Below, in pieces: positions 8,937 to 18,533 of a DNA stretch of 64,000 nucleotides (position 1 is its first letter; the number at the start of each line of letters is the position of its first letter). This stretch comes from an uncultured Mesoaciditoga sp. GTDB taxonomy: Bacteria > Thermotogota > Thermotogae > Mesoaciditogales > Mesoaciditogaceae. The position numbers and the translations under genes were made by a program. Under the pieces are notes generated by a model. It made no database searches, was not told where the DNA came from, and was given only the letters and a program-made list of their open reading frames with translations. The stretch is from assembly GCA_964433875.1 (NCBI GenBank), contig CAYSSO010000004.1, positions 22,233 to 86,232 of the forward strand, in the 5' to 3' direction.

Positions 8937-9711
8937 CCTTACTTCCCTCCATTTTCCAAGCAAATTCAACTACCTGTTCGATATCGAAAGGTTTGGTCTT
9001 TCCGTTAAATTCAATCAAAAATTCTATGTTACCACTTCCTCCTTTAATCGGCGAAAATGTAAATCCGCTGATTTTAAAGTTCAAATTCCTCGCAAAATCG
9101 AAAATATCCCTTATCGTCTCGAGATGTAAATCTTTTGATTTAACAATTCCATCATTGACCTTTCCAGGTCCAACTTCAAATTGTGGCTTTAAAAGGCAAA
9201 CGGCTATTCCGTCTTCCTTCAATATTTCTTCCTTTATTACAGGTAAAATCTTTTTCAAAGATATGAAAGATAAATCACAGGCTATAAAGTCAGGGGAGGG
9301 ATCGAAATCCGTTTTTTTTAGAAAGCGCGCATTCGTTCTTTCCATAAGCACTATTTTAGGGTCTTTAAGTCTAAACTCGCCACTCGCGACATCTATTGCG
9401 TAAATTTTTTTTGCGCCACGCTCTAACATTACCTGTGTAAACCCTCCCGTCGACGCTCCAATATCGCAACACACCTTTCCATCGAGCGATATTTCAAATT
9501 CATCGAGCGCCTTTAAAAGTTTGTACGCGCCACGAGAAACGTATACTTTGTCTTCGATGGTTATTATCGCATCTTCATTTACCATCTTTCCGCTCTTGGA
9601 AACCGGGATACCGTTTACGTAAACCTTTCCACGCAATATCTCATCTCTTGCCCTGCTTCTTGTCTTACAAAGGCCGCGCAAAATTAACAATTCATCGATT
9701 CTCTTCTTCAT
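8923..9711 (-). CDS. tlyA: TlyA-family rRNA 2'-O-methyltransferase (S4 + FtsJ domains)
   Basis: [34 protein letters not shown] (S4 domain), then CCDIGASTGGFTQ (SAM-binding). I chose the start that gives the family-typical N-terminus; no SD is visible. It overlaps the truA stop and the secA start. Confidence 0.8.
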   Translation of the reverse strand: MKKRIDELLILRGLCKTRSRARDEILRGKVYVNGIPVSKSGKMVNEDAIITIEDKVYVSRGAYKLLKALDEFEISLDGKVCCDIGASTGGFTQVMLERGAKKIYAIDVASGEFRLKDPKIVLMERTNARFLKKTDFDPSPDFIACDLSFISLKKILPVIKEEILKEDGIAVCLLKPQFEVGPGKVNDGIVKSKDLHLETIRDIFDFARNLNFKISGFTFSPIKGGSGNIEFLIEFNGKTKPFDIEQVVEFAWKMEGSKDVHC

Positions 9712-10471
9712 AGACATGATTTTTTTCATTTTGTTCAAAACAGACCTTGTAAAGGTAAAGACCATGCGATGGAGCCGTAGCGGCCGCCTTGCTTCTGTCC
9801 CTTAATTCGATCAATTCTTTGACCTTTTCGGGTGACCAGTCCCCGGTTCCAACCTTTACGAGCGTGCCTACCATATTTCTTACCATTCTTCTTAGAAAAG
9901 ACTTTCCCTCAAATCTCAAAAGGATATAATCGTGCTTTTTCAAAATTCTGACCCGGTACATCGTCCTGATAGGGCTTCTATCATCATCCTTGTCCATAGA
10001 TGCAAATGAAGTAAAGTCGTGAACGCCTTCAAAGTACGCTGCCGCCTTCCGCATCCTTTCAACGTCTAAAGGATAAGGAAACCACCACATCCTGTCTCTT
10101 AAAAAAACGCTTCTTTCTTTCGAATTGTGTATGAAATAATGGTATATTCTTTTTACAGCGCTATTTCTCGGATTAAAACCGTCGCTCGCAAACCAAACCT
10201 CTTTAACCCTCATATCGGAAGGAAGCAGCGAATTAAAGGCTTCTTTGAAATTCCTCTCATTCATCCTTTTGTTTGTATAGTCAAATGAAAATACCTGATA
10301 ATTGGCGTGAACTCCGGCATCTGTCCTTCCGGCAAGATCCGTTCTTAGACGCACCTTCAATATCTTCTCGAGAGCGTTATCGAACTCTCCCTGGACGGTC
10401 CTGACATTTGGATGGAATTGCGAACCGTGAAAGTTCGTTCCATCGTATTCAACGACACATACAACCTTCAA
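9692..10471 (-). CDS. truA: tRNA pseudouridine(38-40) synthase
   Basis: [12 protein letters not shown]...[11 protein letters not shown], with the catalytic Asp motif. 4-nt overlap with the gyrA stop. Confidence 0.9.
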   Translation of the reverse strand: MKVVCVVEYDGTNFHGSQFHPNVRTVQGEFDNALEKILKVRLRTDLAGRTDAGVHANYQVFSFDYTNKRMNERNFKEAFNSLLPSDMRVKEVWFASDGFNPRNSAVKRIYHYFIHNSKERSVFLRDRMWWFPYPLDVERMRKAAAYFEGVHDFTSFASMDKDDDRSPIRTMYRVRILKKHDYILLRFEGKSFLRRMVRNMVGTLVKVGTGDWSPEKVKELIELRDRSKAAATAPSHGLYLYKVCFEQNEKNHVYEEENR

Positions 10472-12900
10472 GAATCTATCCCTCTCAGAGGTGTGAAGGC
10501 AACAACCTTGTCTTCTGGATCGAGATCAACACATCTAAATCCCTGGGTATTTCTGCTCGTTACGGAAAGGTCAGAGACTTTGAATCTTATCGCCTTTCCG
10601 TTGGCAGTTACGGCTATTATCTCATCATCTTCTACGACTTTGGCCGTTGATACAACAAGGCCATTTTTCGCCGTCAACCTGAGATTTCTTACGCCGTGCG
10701 ATCCTCTTTTATGAATAGGATAGTCCGAAAATGGACTTCTCTTTCCCAGCCCCTTTTCAGTTATGGTCAGCAACTGGACTTTGCCCACCTCATCTTCCCT
10801 TAAGACAATCATGGAAACTACCTCGTCTCCTTCGCGCAACTTTATTCCCCTGATTCCCATGGCCGCTCTTCCCATCTTTCTCACGTCTTCATCTTTGAAC
10901 GCATTTACAAATCCCTTCATGGTTGAAAGCGCTATTACGTTCTTTTCATTCGTGTCTGTAATGGCGCTATCGACGACCTCATCTCCGTCTTCAAGTTTTA
11001 TCGCGAGCACGCCATTTGATTTGAATGAAAATTCACTTAGAGAAATTCTCTTTATTTTTCCAGATCTTGTCGCTATCCACATATCCTTTGAAGGATCGAG
11101 GGTGTGGCCTATCGAGATTATCGATTTGACCTTTTCATTTGGAGAAAGGTTAAAATAGTTCAATATGAGTTTCCCCTTAGACCCTTTTTCGTTTTCTTGA
11201 AAATTGTAATTCTTTATGAAGTAGAATTTTCCAAGATTTGTTATGAAGCCCGTGTAACTCAATTTAGTCGTTACAAAGGTATGTTCGACGTAATCGTCCT
11301 CACGCGTGCGGATCGATATATTTCCCTTTCCGCCTCTTGACTGCATTTTATAACTTTCGAGTTTTGTGGCCGAGACATAACCGTTATGGGTTATGGTGAC
11401 GACTATTTCATCGTCGGGGATCAAATCTTCTATACTTATATTCTCTGTACTTTGCGAGATCTCGCTTCTTCTTGCATCTCCGTATTTTGACTTTATGTAC
11501 TCCATATCCTTTTTTATCTCTTCCATTATCATCCTGTCAGATCCAAGAAGTGTGTGGAGTCTGCCCATACTCTCTATGAGATTTTTGTATTCTTCGTCGA
11601 GTTTGGCATGCTCAAGCGTCGTAAGCCTTTGAAGTTTCATATCCATTATGGCCTCTGCCTGTTCTCTTGAAACTTCGAGTATCTTCATAAGACTCTCGAT
11701 TGCACTTTCGAGATCTCGAGAATTTTTGACTATATCGACGACCGTTCCAATCGCTCTCGATGCCTTTATCAATCCCTCGACTATGTGGGCCCTTTTCGAA
11801 AATTTTTCAAATTCGTATTCGCTTCTTCTCTTTATTACCTCGTATCTGTGATCTATAAAGGCCTTTATTATCTGCTTTAGATTCATCAATTTCGGCTTTC
11901 CATGATCTATGACAAGCATCTGAACGGCGAAATGTGTCTCGAGAGCGGTGTGCTTCAATAATCTGTTTAGGACTATGTTTGCATCGGCATTTCTCGATAT
12001 TTCTATGACGATTCTAAGCCCTTCTTTGTCAGATTCATCTCGTATATCTGAAATTATGCTTTCTTTTGAATTTTTGGCATACTCGGCTATCTGCTCTATT
12101 AAAGAGGCCTTTGATACGCCGTAAGGAATCTCCGTCACGATGATTCTGCTTCTGTTTTTGTGTTCTTCTATGGATGTTCTCGACCTTATAACGATCGAAC
12201 CACGGCCGGTTTTGTATATATTCCTTATCGCTTCTGAATCCATTATGATACCGCCAGTCGGAAAGTCGGGCCCTTTCAAAAGAGATGCGACCTCATCCTC
12301 TGTCATTTCGGGATTGTCTATGAATTTCGAGATAAGATCTGCCACTTCTCCTATATTGTGAGGAGGTATAGAAGTTGCCATTCCAACGGCGATTCCAGAT
12401 GCTCCATTAAGCAGTAACTGCGGGATCTTGGAAGGGAGGACAACAGGTTCTTTAAGAGTTTCATCAAAATTCGGGACCATATCGACGGTATTTTCCTCTA
12501 TGTCCTCGAGCATCTCTTCGGCAATCTTTGAAAGTTTGGCCTCAGTGTATCTCGAAGCCGCCGGCGGATCTCTGTCTATCGATCCGAAATTTCCCTGACC
12601 GTGAACGAGAGGATATCTCATTGTGAAATCCTGTGCCATTCTCACAAGCGCGTCGTATATGGCCATATCACCGTGAGGGTGGTACTTTCCCATAACCTCT
12701 CCGACTATCCTCGCGCTTTTTTTGGTCGGGCCGTTGTTTTTAAGGTTTAATTCGTTCATCGAAAAGAGGATTCTTCGCTGAACGGGTTTTAGGCCATCTC
12801 TCACATCTGGAATGGCCCTTCCTATTATTACACTCATCGAGTAATTCATATATGACTCGACGAGTTCTTCAGAAATAGACCTTTTTATTTCTTCCATCAT
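10468..12900 (-). CDS. gyrA: DNA gyrase subunit A
   Basis: [24 protein letters not shown], and the catalytic-Tyr region [10 protein letters not shown]. 810 aa with C-terminal repeat blades. Confidence 0.95.
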   Translation of the reverse strand: MMEEIKRSISEELVESYMNYSMSVIIGRAIPDVRDGLKPVQRRILFSMNELNLKNNGPTKKSARIVGEVMGKYHPHGDMAIYDALVRMAQDFTMRYPLVHGQGNFGSIDRDPPAASRYTEAKLSKIAEEMLEDIEENTVDMVPNFDETLKEPVVLPSKIPQLLLNGASGIAVGMATSIPPHNIGEVADLISKFIDNPEMTEDEVASLLKGPDFPTGGIIMDSEAIRNIYKTGRGSIVIRSRTSIEEHKNRSRIIVTEIPYGVSKASLIEQIAEYAKNSKESIISDIRDESDKEGLRIVIEISRNADANIVLNRLLKHTALETHFAVQMLVIDHGKPKLMNLKQIIKAFIDHRYEVIKRRSEYEFEKFSKRAHIVEGLIKASRAIGTVVDIVKNSRDLESAIESLMKILEVSREQAEAIMDMKLQRLTTLEHAKLDEEYKNLIESMGRLHTLLGSDRMIMEEIKKDMEYIKSKYGDARRSEISQSTENISIEDLIPDDEIVVTITHNGYVSATKLESYKMQSRGGKGNISIRTREDDYVEHTFVTTKLSYTGFITNLGKFYFIKNYNFQENEKGSKGKLILNYFNLSPNEKVKSIISIGHTLDPSKDMWIATRSGKIKRISLSEFSFKSNGVLAIKLEDGDEVVDSAITDTNEKNVIALSTMKGFVNAFKDEDVRKMGRAAMGIRGIKLREGDEVVSMIVLREDEVGKVQLLTITEKGLGKRSPFSDYPIHKRGSHGVRNLRLTAKNGLVVSTAKVVEDDEIIAVTANGKAIRFKVSDLSVTSRNTQGFRCVDLDPEDKVVAFTPLRGIDS

Positions 12901-12907
12901 TTACACC

Positions 12908-14794
12908 TCAAGATATTTTCGCTCCAGTCTCGACAAAGCCATCGACCGTTAAAATTCTCAATTTTTCTCCATCCTTTGCCGCGAGAAGCATTCCATTCGA
13001 TTCGACCCCCATCAACTTCGTCGGTTTAAGATTGTAAATAATTATTATCTCTCTTCCTATCAAAGATTCTGGCGTATATACAAGTCCTATGCCAGCGACA
13101 ATCTGCCTTTCTTCTCCTCCAACATCGAGGATCAACTTTATGAGTTTTTCAGATTTTGGAATTCTTTCTGCCTTCTTTATCCTTGCAACTCTAAGATCGA
13201 TCTTTGCAAAATCATCTATGCTTATTTCAGCCTTTTTTTGATTTTCTTCGGTTTCTGCCATAATTATCACCTTTTTCCACACTTTTGTGTCTATTCTCGG
13301 AAAGAGAGGTTCTCCAACCTCTATCTTTGCCTTCTTTGTTTTGTGCCATCCAAGAGTCTTGACGTCTAAGTCCTGATTTATCCTGTCGATCAGCGATTTG
13401 GAAGTCTTTACCATAATTGGAGAGATCATTATCGATATGTTTCTTATGACATCTAAGAGATTGTAAAGGACAGTTCCAAGCCTTTCTTTTTTTGACGGAT
13501 CTCTTGCGAGAAGCCACGGCTCGGTCATATCTATGTATTTGTTGGAAAATTTGACAAGGTTCCATATCGAGATTAACGCCTCGGTGAATTTAAAACTGTC
13601 CATGTAAGAAAAATAATCGTTTATCGTCTTCAAAAGCAGATCTTTGAGATCACCGTCTATTTTCTCTTCACCGGCAGGATCTGGGATTTCTTCGAAGTTT
13701 TGATTTACCATCGATAAGGTTCTGTGAACGAGGTTTCCAAGATCATTTGCCAGATCTGCATTTATTCTGACTATCAAATTGTCTTCGGAAAAATCTCCAT
13801 CATTTCCAAAGGTTATATCCCTCAAAAGGTAATATTTGACCGCATCGAGTCCATAGGCTTTGACGAGTACACGTGGATCGACCGCGTTTCCTTTCGATTT
13901 TGAAATCTTTTCTCCGTTGACCGTTAACCACCCATGTGCGAAGATCTTTTTTGGAAGCGGAAGCCCCACACTCATAAGCATCGCAGGCCATATAAGAGAA
14001 TGAAAACGGTTTATCTCCTTTCCGACAAAATGCACATCCGCAGGCCAGTACTTGTTGAATTTCTCTTCATCTCTCCCGTATCCTATGGCTGACACGTAAT
14101 TTATGAGCGCGTCAAACCACACGTATATGACATGCTTTTTATCGAAAGGCAGAGGAATTCCCCAGTCGAATGAAGTGCGAGAAACGCTTATGTCATCGAG
14201 TCCTTCTTCGAGTATTTTTAACATCTCATTTCTTCTGAAATCTGGCTCAACAAAATCGGGATGGCTTTTGAAATGATCGAGAAGGGGCTTTGTGTATTTT
14301 GATAGCCTGAAAAAATAATTTTCTTCTTCAACGTGTTCCAAAGGCCTATGACAAACCGGACAAAGTTTATCGGGCCCTATATCCTTTTCAGTCCAGAAGG
14401 TTTCATCGTGAACGCAATACCATCCCTCGTACTTTCCAAGGTATATGTCTCCTTTTTCGTACATCTTTTGAAAGAATTCCTGAACTGTTTTTATGTGGTA
14501 ATCATCTGTCGTCCTTATAAAAAGATCATTCGAAATTTCGAGATCTTTCCAGAGTTGAACGAATCTTTTGGCGAGATCGTCTACGAATTTCTTTGTGTCC
14601 ATTCCTTTTTCTTTCGCCGCTCTCATTATCTTCTGACCATGTTCGTCAGTTCCGGTAAGAAAAAAGGTGTCGTATCCCATCATGCGTTTGTAACGCGCAA
14701 CAACATCTGCAACTATCGTAGTGTAGGCAGATCCTATGTGCGGATCGGAGTTAACGTAATATATCGGTGTCGTCACGTAAAAAGTCTTTGACAA
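12908..14794 (-). CDS. metG: methionine--tRNA ligase with C-terminal tRNA-binding domain
   Basis: HIGH-type motif (DPHIGSAY) and KMSKS-type motif (KISKSKGN). The C-terminal IDDFAKIDLRVARI...MGVESNGMLLAA is a Trbp111/EMAP-like domain. I prefer TTG 14794, preceded by GAGGTGAAGGA, over the upstream ATG at 14839. Confidence 0.9.
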   Translation of the reverse strand: MSKTFYVTTPIYYVNSDPHIGSAYTTIVADVVARYKRMMGYDTFFLTGTDEHGQKIMRAAKEKGMDTKKFVDDLAKRFVQLWKDLEISNDLFIRTTDDYHIKTVQEFFQKMYEKGDIYLGKYEGWYCVHDETFWTEKDIGPDKLCPVCHRPLEHVEEENYFFRLSKYTKPLLDHFKSHPDFVEPDFRRNEMLKILEEGLDDISVSRTSFDWGIPLPFDKKHVIYVWFDALINYVSAIGYGRDEEKFNKYWPADVHFVGKEINRFHSLIWPAMLMSVGLPLPKKIFAHGWLTVNGEKISKSKGNAVDPRVLVKAYGLDAVKYYLLRDITFGNDGDFSEDNLIVRINADLANDLGNLVHRTLSMVNQNFEEIPDPAGEEKIDGDLKDLLLKTINDYFSYMDSFKFTEALISIWNLVKFSNKYIDMTEPWLLARDPSKKERLGTVLYNLLDVIRNISIMISPIMVKTSKSLIDRINQDLDVKTLGWHKTKKAKIEVGEPLFPRIDTKVWKKVIIMAETEENQKKAEISIDDFAKIDLRVARIKKAERIPKSEKLIKLILDVGGEERQIVAGIGLVYTPESLIGREIIIIYNLKPTKLMGVESNGMLLAAKDGEKLRILTVDGFVETGAKIS

Positions 14795-14917
14795 ATCCTT
14801 CACCTCTTCGATAATAAACAACTTTTGTGCACAGAGCACATATCTCGAATCTATCTATTTTCAACGATTATTATATAATAAAAGCGTCTAAATTCCCAAT
14901 CCAACTAAGATCACGCG

Positions 14918-15304
14918 TTATATCGGGTGGGTATGTTCTTTGTGACAGTATGGGCATTCATGGCCTGTATAATCGACTGGGGTTCGGAAGATCTTGCCAC
15001 AATCATCGCATTTCATTAACTTCACAACCCTGCACCTGCCGATATTTCCCGTCTTTATCTTTTTTGAATTTATCAAGGCGTCGGCGATCTTTGCGTGGGC
15101 CGAATCGAGAATTCTTCCAAAGGTCTGGCGTGATACGCCCATGAGCTGTGCGGCATCTATCTGGTACATCTTTTCTATATCCGCAAGACGCATGGCTTCA
15201 AGTTCGTCCATCGAGATCTCAACCTCTCCGGTAGGATTGTCCGGAGAGAATTCCAAGGATTTCAAAACATATTCGACCATTCTGTATTTTTTAGGCCTTG
15301 CCAT
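14918..15304 (-). CDS. DUF134 (UPF0251) DNA-binding protein with C-terminal zinc-ribbon extension
   Basis: MARPKKYRMV...MDELEAMRLADIEKMYQIDAAQLMGVSRQTFGRILDSAHAKIADAL matches the DUF134 pattern. The extra tail is CDDCGKIF...HECPYCHKEH (CxxC..CxxC). Confidence 0.7.
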   Translation of the reverse strand: MARPKKYRMVEYVLKSLEFSPDNPTGEVEISMDELEAMRLADIEKMYQIDAAQLMGVSRQTFGRILDSAHAKIADALINSKKIKTGNIGRCRVVKLMKCDDCGKIFRTPVDYTGHECPYCHKEHTHPI

Positions 15305-15815
15305 TTTTAACACCTCTTTTTGCGTTGAGATATATTAAAAGGAAAAGCCCCGTGTAAATAAAGAGATCTCCTATACTGCAGGCGTAGTGAAGGCCCAAAA
15401 AATTCACAGGAATTATATCTCCCATAAATGGTAAGAGTGTATTTGGCCCCATTAAAATGTGCTTGGGATCCATCGTATCGGGCGGAAGACCCGCGAGCAC
15501 AAGGGTCTCTTTCGATAGGGGCATTTTTCCTCCATTTAAAAGTATTACAATGGTATTCGAGATCGCGCCTATTGTTATAAAAGGGAAGCCTTTTATCTTC
15601 AAATTTGCAATGCAAAAGATTACAAGGATCAAGTAAGCGATCGATGTTAGGTAATTCGCGAAATCAAAATTTCCAAATACCGCGATCAATTCGAGGATAA
15701 ATGGAATAAAGATAAGATAAAACCATTTGAAATTGGTGTTGAGAGGGTTCCAGACATTTCTTTTGAAGATCAAAGAAGTTACAATTGCCGCGACGATCAC
15801 GTATAGGTATATCAT
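15291..15815 (-). CDS. integral membrane protein, DUF5317-like
   Basis: 174 aa with 5-6 hydrophobic helices. LLNGGKMPLS and CSIGDLFIYTG resemble DUF5317 as I remember it. 4-nt overlap with the HD-GYP stop. Confidence 0.5.
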   Translation of the reverse strand: MIYLYVIVAAIVTSLIFKRNVWNPLNTNFKWFYLIFIPFILELIAVFGNFDFANYLTSIAYLILVIFCIANLKIKGFPFITIGAISNTIVILLNGGKMPLSKETLVLAGLPPDTMDPKHILMGPNTLLPFMGDIIPVNFLGLHYACSIGDLFIYTGLFLLIYLNAKRGVKNGKA

Positions 15816-17083
15816 TTCTTTATATTGGAATAGGCCGGTGCATTTTCTATCCTTATCCTGTCAAACTCACCGGCACTCTCGATGAGTATGTCGACGAGTT
15901 TTGGATCGAAGGCCTTACCCTTTTCAGAAAGTATCATCTTCAAAGTCTCGTCGTGTGAAAACTCTTCTCGATAAGACCTTTTGGTAGTCAGCGCATCGTA
16001 GACATCGCATATCCCTATTATCCTCGCCTCTAAAGGAATATTCTCTCCCTTCAATCCTTCAGGGTAACCCGAGCCGTCCCACCTTTCATGATGGTACCTC
16101 ACCCATCCAACGATTCTTTCAAAGGATGGTATCTGAGAAATCACATTTGCCCCATCTATTGGATGTTTCTTTACCTCTTCGTATTCTGTGACCGTAAGCC
16201 TTTCAGGCTTGTTGAGGACTATGTCTCTTATACCGATCTTGCCGACATCGTGCAACTGGGCCGCTATCTTCAAATCGTCGAGATGCTTTCCGTATATGCC
16301 AATCTTCTCTGCTATGACCTCGCAGTACAAAGCCACACGCTCGCCGTGGCCGGCCGTGTAAGGGTCTTTCTCCTCGAGCGCCTTTGTCAGGGCATACATG
16401 GCCTCCAACTTCGTGTTGAGAAACTTTCTGTAAAGATCTATTACAAACCTTATTCCAAGCAAAGGCCCGAGTATGACGAAGATCACGTAAAAGTGGACGA
16501 ATGGATAAAGGTAAATCGCAAGGTAGGCAATCCCAAGCGATATGAAGATGCTAAGTCCAAAAAAGTCTATGAGCACATCCTTTAGAATCCATTTGAATCT
16601 TTTCTTTGTCGCAAAACTTATCGCCCCGGCGACGAATGAGTTGTTTATGATGGCATAAACTCCTATCGCTATCGCTATGGCAAAGATCTTGATTATCTCG
16701 TAATTGACGGGAAAGAGCCTGTATACAAAGGCAGCCGCAAAGGTCGCTATCGAAATCTGTGCAACGTTGAAAACTATTTTATACCATTGTACGGTCTTCA
16801 TTCCATTTAGAGATGTTGCAGCAATTGCCCCTATTATCATCGCACTTATAGGAGAAAAAAGCACGGCCGCAGAAAGATTAAAGGTCATACTCAACCCTAT
16901 TACCCATTTGTTTCCATTTATCTTTCTGACCTCGACTGGAAAGGCGTCGGCAAACCACCCGCTTAATCCCCAAAGTACCATAATCCACCACGGCTCGAGA
17001 GGCTCAAAGAAGAGGAGGGCGCAAATAAGCGCCCCTGCAATAATTGCGATAATTGCTATGTAAAACTTCAGCGATAATGGCAC
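15812..17083 (-). CDS. membrane-anchored HD-GYP domain phosphodiesterase (c-di-GMP signalling)
   Basis: An N-terminal multi-TM region of about 210 aa. Then HGERVA...QLHDVGKIGI...HHERWDGSGYPEGL...GICDVYDALTTKRSYRE (HD-GYP). GTG start preceded by GAGGTGAGG. Confidence 0.9.
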   Translation of the reverse strand: MPLSLKFYIAIIAIIAGALICALLFFEPLEPWWIMVLWGLSGWFADAFPVEVRKINGNKWVIGLSMTFNLSAAVLFSPISAMIIGAIAATSLNGMKTVQWYKIVFNVAQISIATFAAAFVYRLFPVNYEIIKIFAIAIAIGVYAIINNSFVAGAISFATKKRFKWILKDVLIDFFGLSIFISLGIAYLAIYLYPFVHFYVIFVILGPLLGIRFVIDLYRKFLNTKLEAMYALTKALEEKDPYTAGHGERVALYCEVIAEKIGIYGKHLDDLKIAAQLHDVGKIGIRDIVLNKPERLTVTEYEEVKKHPIDGANVISQIPSFERIVGWVRYHHERWDGSGYPEGLKGENIPLEARIIGICDVYDALTTKRSYREEFSHDETLKMILSEKGKAFDPKLVDILIESAGEFDRIRIENAPAYSNIKK

Positions 17084-17100
17084 GTCCTCACCTCTTCAAA

Positions 17101-17190
17101 TTAGAACCATTTCGAACTTCCGACGGCGGCAAGAATCAAACTGAGAAGTCCGCCGGCAACGATGGCGAGTTTGAATATCTTTTCTTTCAT
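17101..17190 (-). CDS. unannotated 29-aa single-TM peptide (MKEKIFKLAIVAGGLLSLILAAVGSSKWF)
   Basis: ATG preceded by AAAGGGGGT with 7-nt spacing. The TAA stop lies 17 nt upstream of the HD-GYP start. The core is hydrophobic with charged ends. It falls below the ORF-track length cutoff. Confidence 0.5.
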   Translation of the reverse strand: MKEKIFKLAIVAGGLLSLILAAVGSSKWF

Positions 17191-17262
17191 GAGACTTACC
17201 CCCTTTCAAAATTGATTTTTTGGTTTTACTTGGTTTTAAAGATTACAAAGGGTTAAGTCTCC
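17191..17262 (-). promoter_or_regulatory. 5' leader stem-loop that sequesters the SD of the 29-aa ORF
   Basis: Minus-strand RNA GAGACUUA-A-CCCUUU (17262-17248) pairs with AAAGGG-GG-UAAGUCUC (17206-17191). That gives 8+6 bp around a small internal loop, with an A/U-rich loop of about 41 nt. The 3' arm contains the SD and abuts the AUG. Confidence 0.45.
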
Positions 17263-17301
17263 GCTTTGATCTGGTATCCTTCTCTTTTTATCGCTGAGAT
17301 T

Positions 17302-17329
17302 ATCATATCATATTTTTTATAAATTCGAA
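17302..17329 (-). promoter_or_regulatory. candidate sigma70-type promoter for the peptide/HD-GYP operon
   Basis: On the minus strand: TTCGAA (17329-17324), a 16-nt spacer, then TATGAT (17307-17302), upstream of the leader hairpin. Confidence 0.3.
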
Positions 17330-17346
17330 ACTTATCAAAAGGAAGG

Positions 17347-17375
17347 CTTTAAGCCGATCGTGTATGTGTTATAAT
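17347..17375 (+). promoter_or_regulatory. candidate extended -10 promoter for rbsK
   Basis: TGtTATAAT at 17367-17375 with a weak -35 (CTTTAA). The SD GGAACGGAGG and ATG 17399 follow. Confidence 0.45.
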
Positions 17376-17398
17376 TTCACGGGAACGGAGGTTTTTAT

Positions 17399-18298
17399 AT
17401 GCCGATAGCAGTTCTTGGAAGCATAAATGTCGATCTTGTGAGTTTTACAAAGAGATTTCCAAATCCAGGCGAGACGATAAGGGGAGAAGGATTTGAAATT
17501 CATCAGGGAGGGAAAGGCGCAAATCAATCTGTCGCGGCGGCAAAGAGCGGCGGAGATGTTTTCATGTTAGGCGCCGTCGGAAAGGATATATTCGGAGATT
17601 TTCTCATCGATTCTCTCAAAAAATCAGGCGTCAGGACAGAGAGAATTTCACAGATTGAGGGGACATCCGGCGTTGCGAGCATATGGGTAGATGAGAATGG
17701 CGAAAATTCGATAATCCTCGATGGCGGGGCAAATGATAAGATAGATAATGGATTTGTCGACAAAAATTTCGATATCGTAAAGGATGCCGATTTTCTTTTG
17801 ATCCAGTTTGAAATTTCAAAGGACGTTGTCTCCTACGCCGCCCGTCTTGCTCACGATGCCGGTGTAAAGGTTATACTCGATCCGGCGCCGGCCTCTCGTC
17901 TTTCGAGCGAGATTTTAAAAAGCGTAGATTACATAACTCCAAATGAAATAGAGATTTCTCAGATCGCCGATGGAAAGACTTTGAAAGAGAGAATCCTTGC
18001 AATTGAAAGAATGGGACCTAAAGTCATAGTTAAGGCCGGCGGAAAGGGCGTCTACATTTTAAAAGATGGAGAGATCGTCAATCTTAAGGCATTCAGGGTA
18101 AATGCGGTTGACACTACCGGAGCCGGAGACTGTTTTAACGGAACTTTGGCCGTCGGCCTTTCTGAGGGGAAGGATCTTGAAAGAGCGTGTTATTTTGCGA
18201 TGGCCGCCTCTGCCATCTCGGTAACGAGAAGAGGGGCTGGATCTTCATTTCCATCAAGAAAGGAAATAGAGGAGTTTTTAAAAACTCATGAGGCTTGA
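17399..18298 (+). CDS. rbsK: ribokinase (PfkB family)
   Basis: GGKGANQSVAAAK near the N-terminus and DTTGAGDCFNGTLAVGL near the C-terminus. 299 aa. Confidence 0.85.
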   Translation: MPIAVLGSINVDLVSFTKRFPNPGETIRGEGFEIHQGGKGANQSVAAAKSGGDVFMLGAVGKDIFGDFLIDSLKKSGVRTERISQIEGTSGVASIWVDENGENSIILDGGANDKIDNGFVDKNFDIVKDADFLLIQFEISKDVVSYAARLAHDAGVKVILDPAPASRLSSEILKSVDYITPNEIEISQIADGKTLKERILAIERMGPKVIVKAGGKGVYILKDGEIVNLKAFRVNAVDTTGAGDCFNGTLAVGLSEGKDLERACYFAMAASAISVTRRGAGSSFPSRKEIEEFLKTHEA

Positions 18299-18533
18299 TA
18301 AATTCTTGAAAGTTTGCGGAATAATAAAGAGAAGGACGGTGTCTCAAGAAATAATAGAACTTGGCGGAGTTACGAAGGCCGGAAGAGTCTTAAAGTCTTC
18401 TTACGATGTAAAAGTGGGAGACATTCTTACGATAAAGATGAAGAATGAAACCGTAACGATAAGGGTAACGGCCATTCCGGAAAGAAATGAAAAAGGGAAT
18501 TACTTTGAGATATACCGAGGTGAAGAGAATTGA
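18288..18533 (+). CDS. S4-domain RNA-binding protein, YabO/RqcP-like
   Basis: 81 aa. MRLDKFLKVCGIIKRRTVSQEII...DVKVGDILTI closely resembles the YabO/RqcP-type small S4 proteins as I recall them. It overlaps the rbsK stop and the ychF start. Confidence 0.65.
   Translation: MRLDKFLKVCGIIKRRTVSQEIIELGGVTKAGRVLKSSYDVKVGDILTIKMKNETVTIRVTAIPERNEKGNYFEIYRGEEN

Noticed and set aside
8937-8969. Longest-ORF start codons for secA and several others (HD protein 4452, metG 14839, AhpD-like 21368, rnfD 24695, marR 28167, MFS 31056, mcp 44694, ftsW 48880, eno 54988, IMPase 62555).
   Set aside because: In each case an internal ATG, GTG or TTG is preceded by a strong GGAGG-type SD at 5-10 nt and gives the family-typical N-terminus. 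The upstream start lacks an SD or lies within the neighbouring gene or within the SD itself.
13227-13565. Alternative-frame and antisense ORFs from the six-frame track that lie inside longer genes. Examples: 575-796, 959-1267, 2500-2979, 4019-4540, 8879-9403, 13227-13565, 16088-16585, 31040-31609, 37381-37728, 41886-42326, 45905-46312, 56949-57491, 60685-61041.
   Set aside because: Each is fully embedded in a longer ORF that has clear family motifs. None has an SD-start arrangement. They translate to low-complexity or Arg/Ser/Cys-rich sequences typical of off-frame reading.
14795-14917. A T-box or other long leader upstream of metG.
   Set aside because: Only about 120 nt separate metG from the upstream gene, and a plausible TATAAT sits about 70 nt before the start. 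That is too short for a T-box, and I saw no specifier or antiterminator structure.
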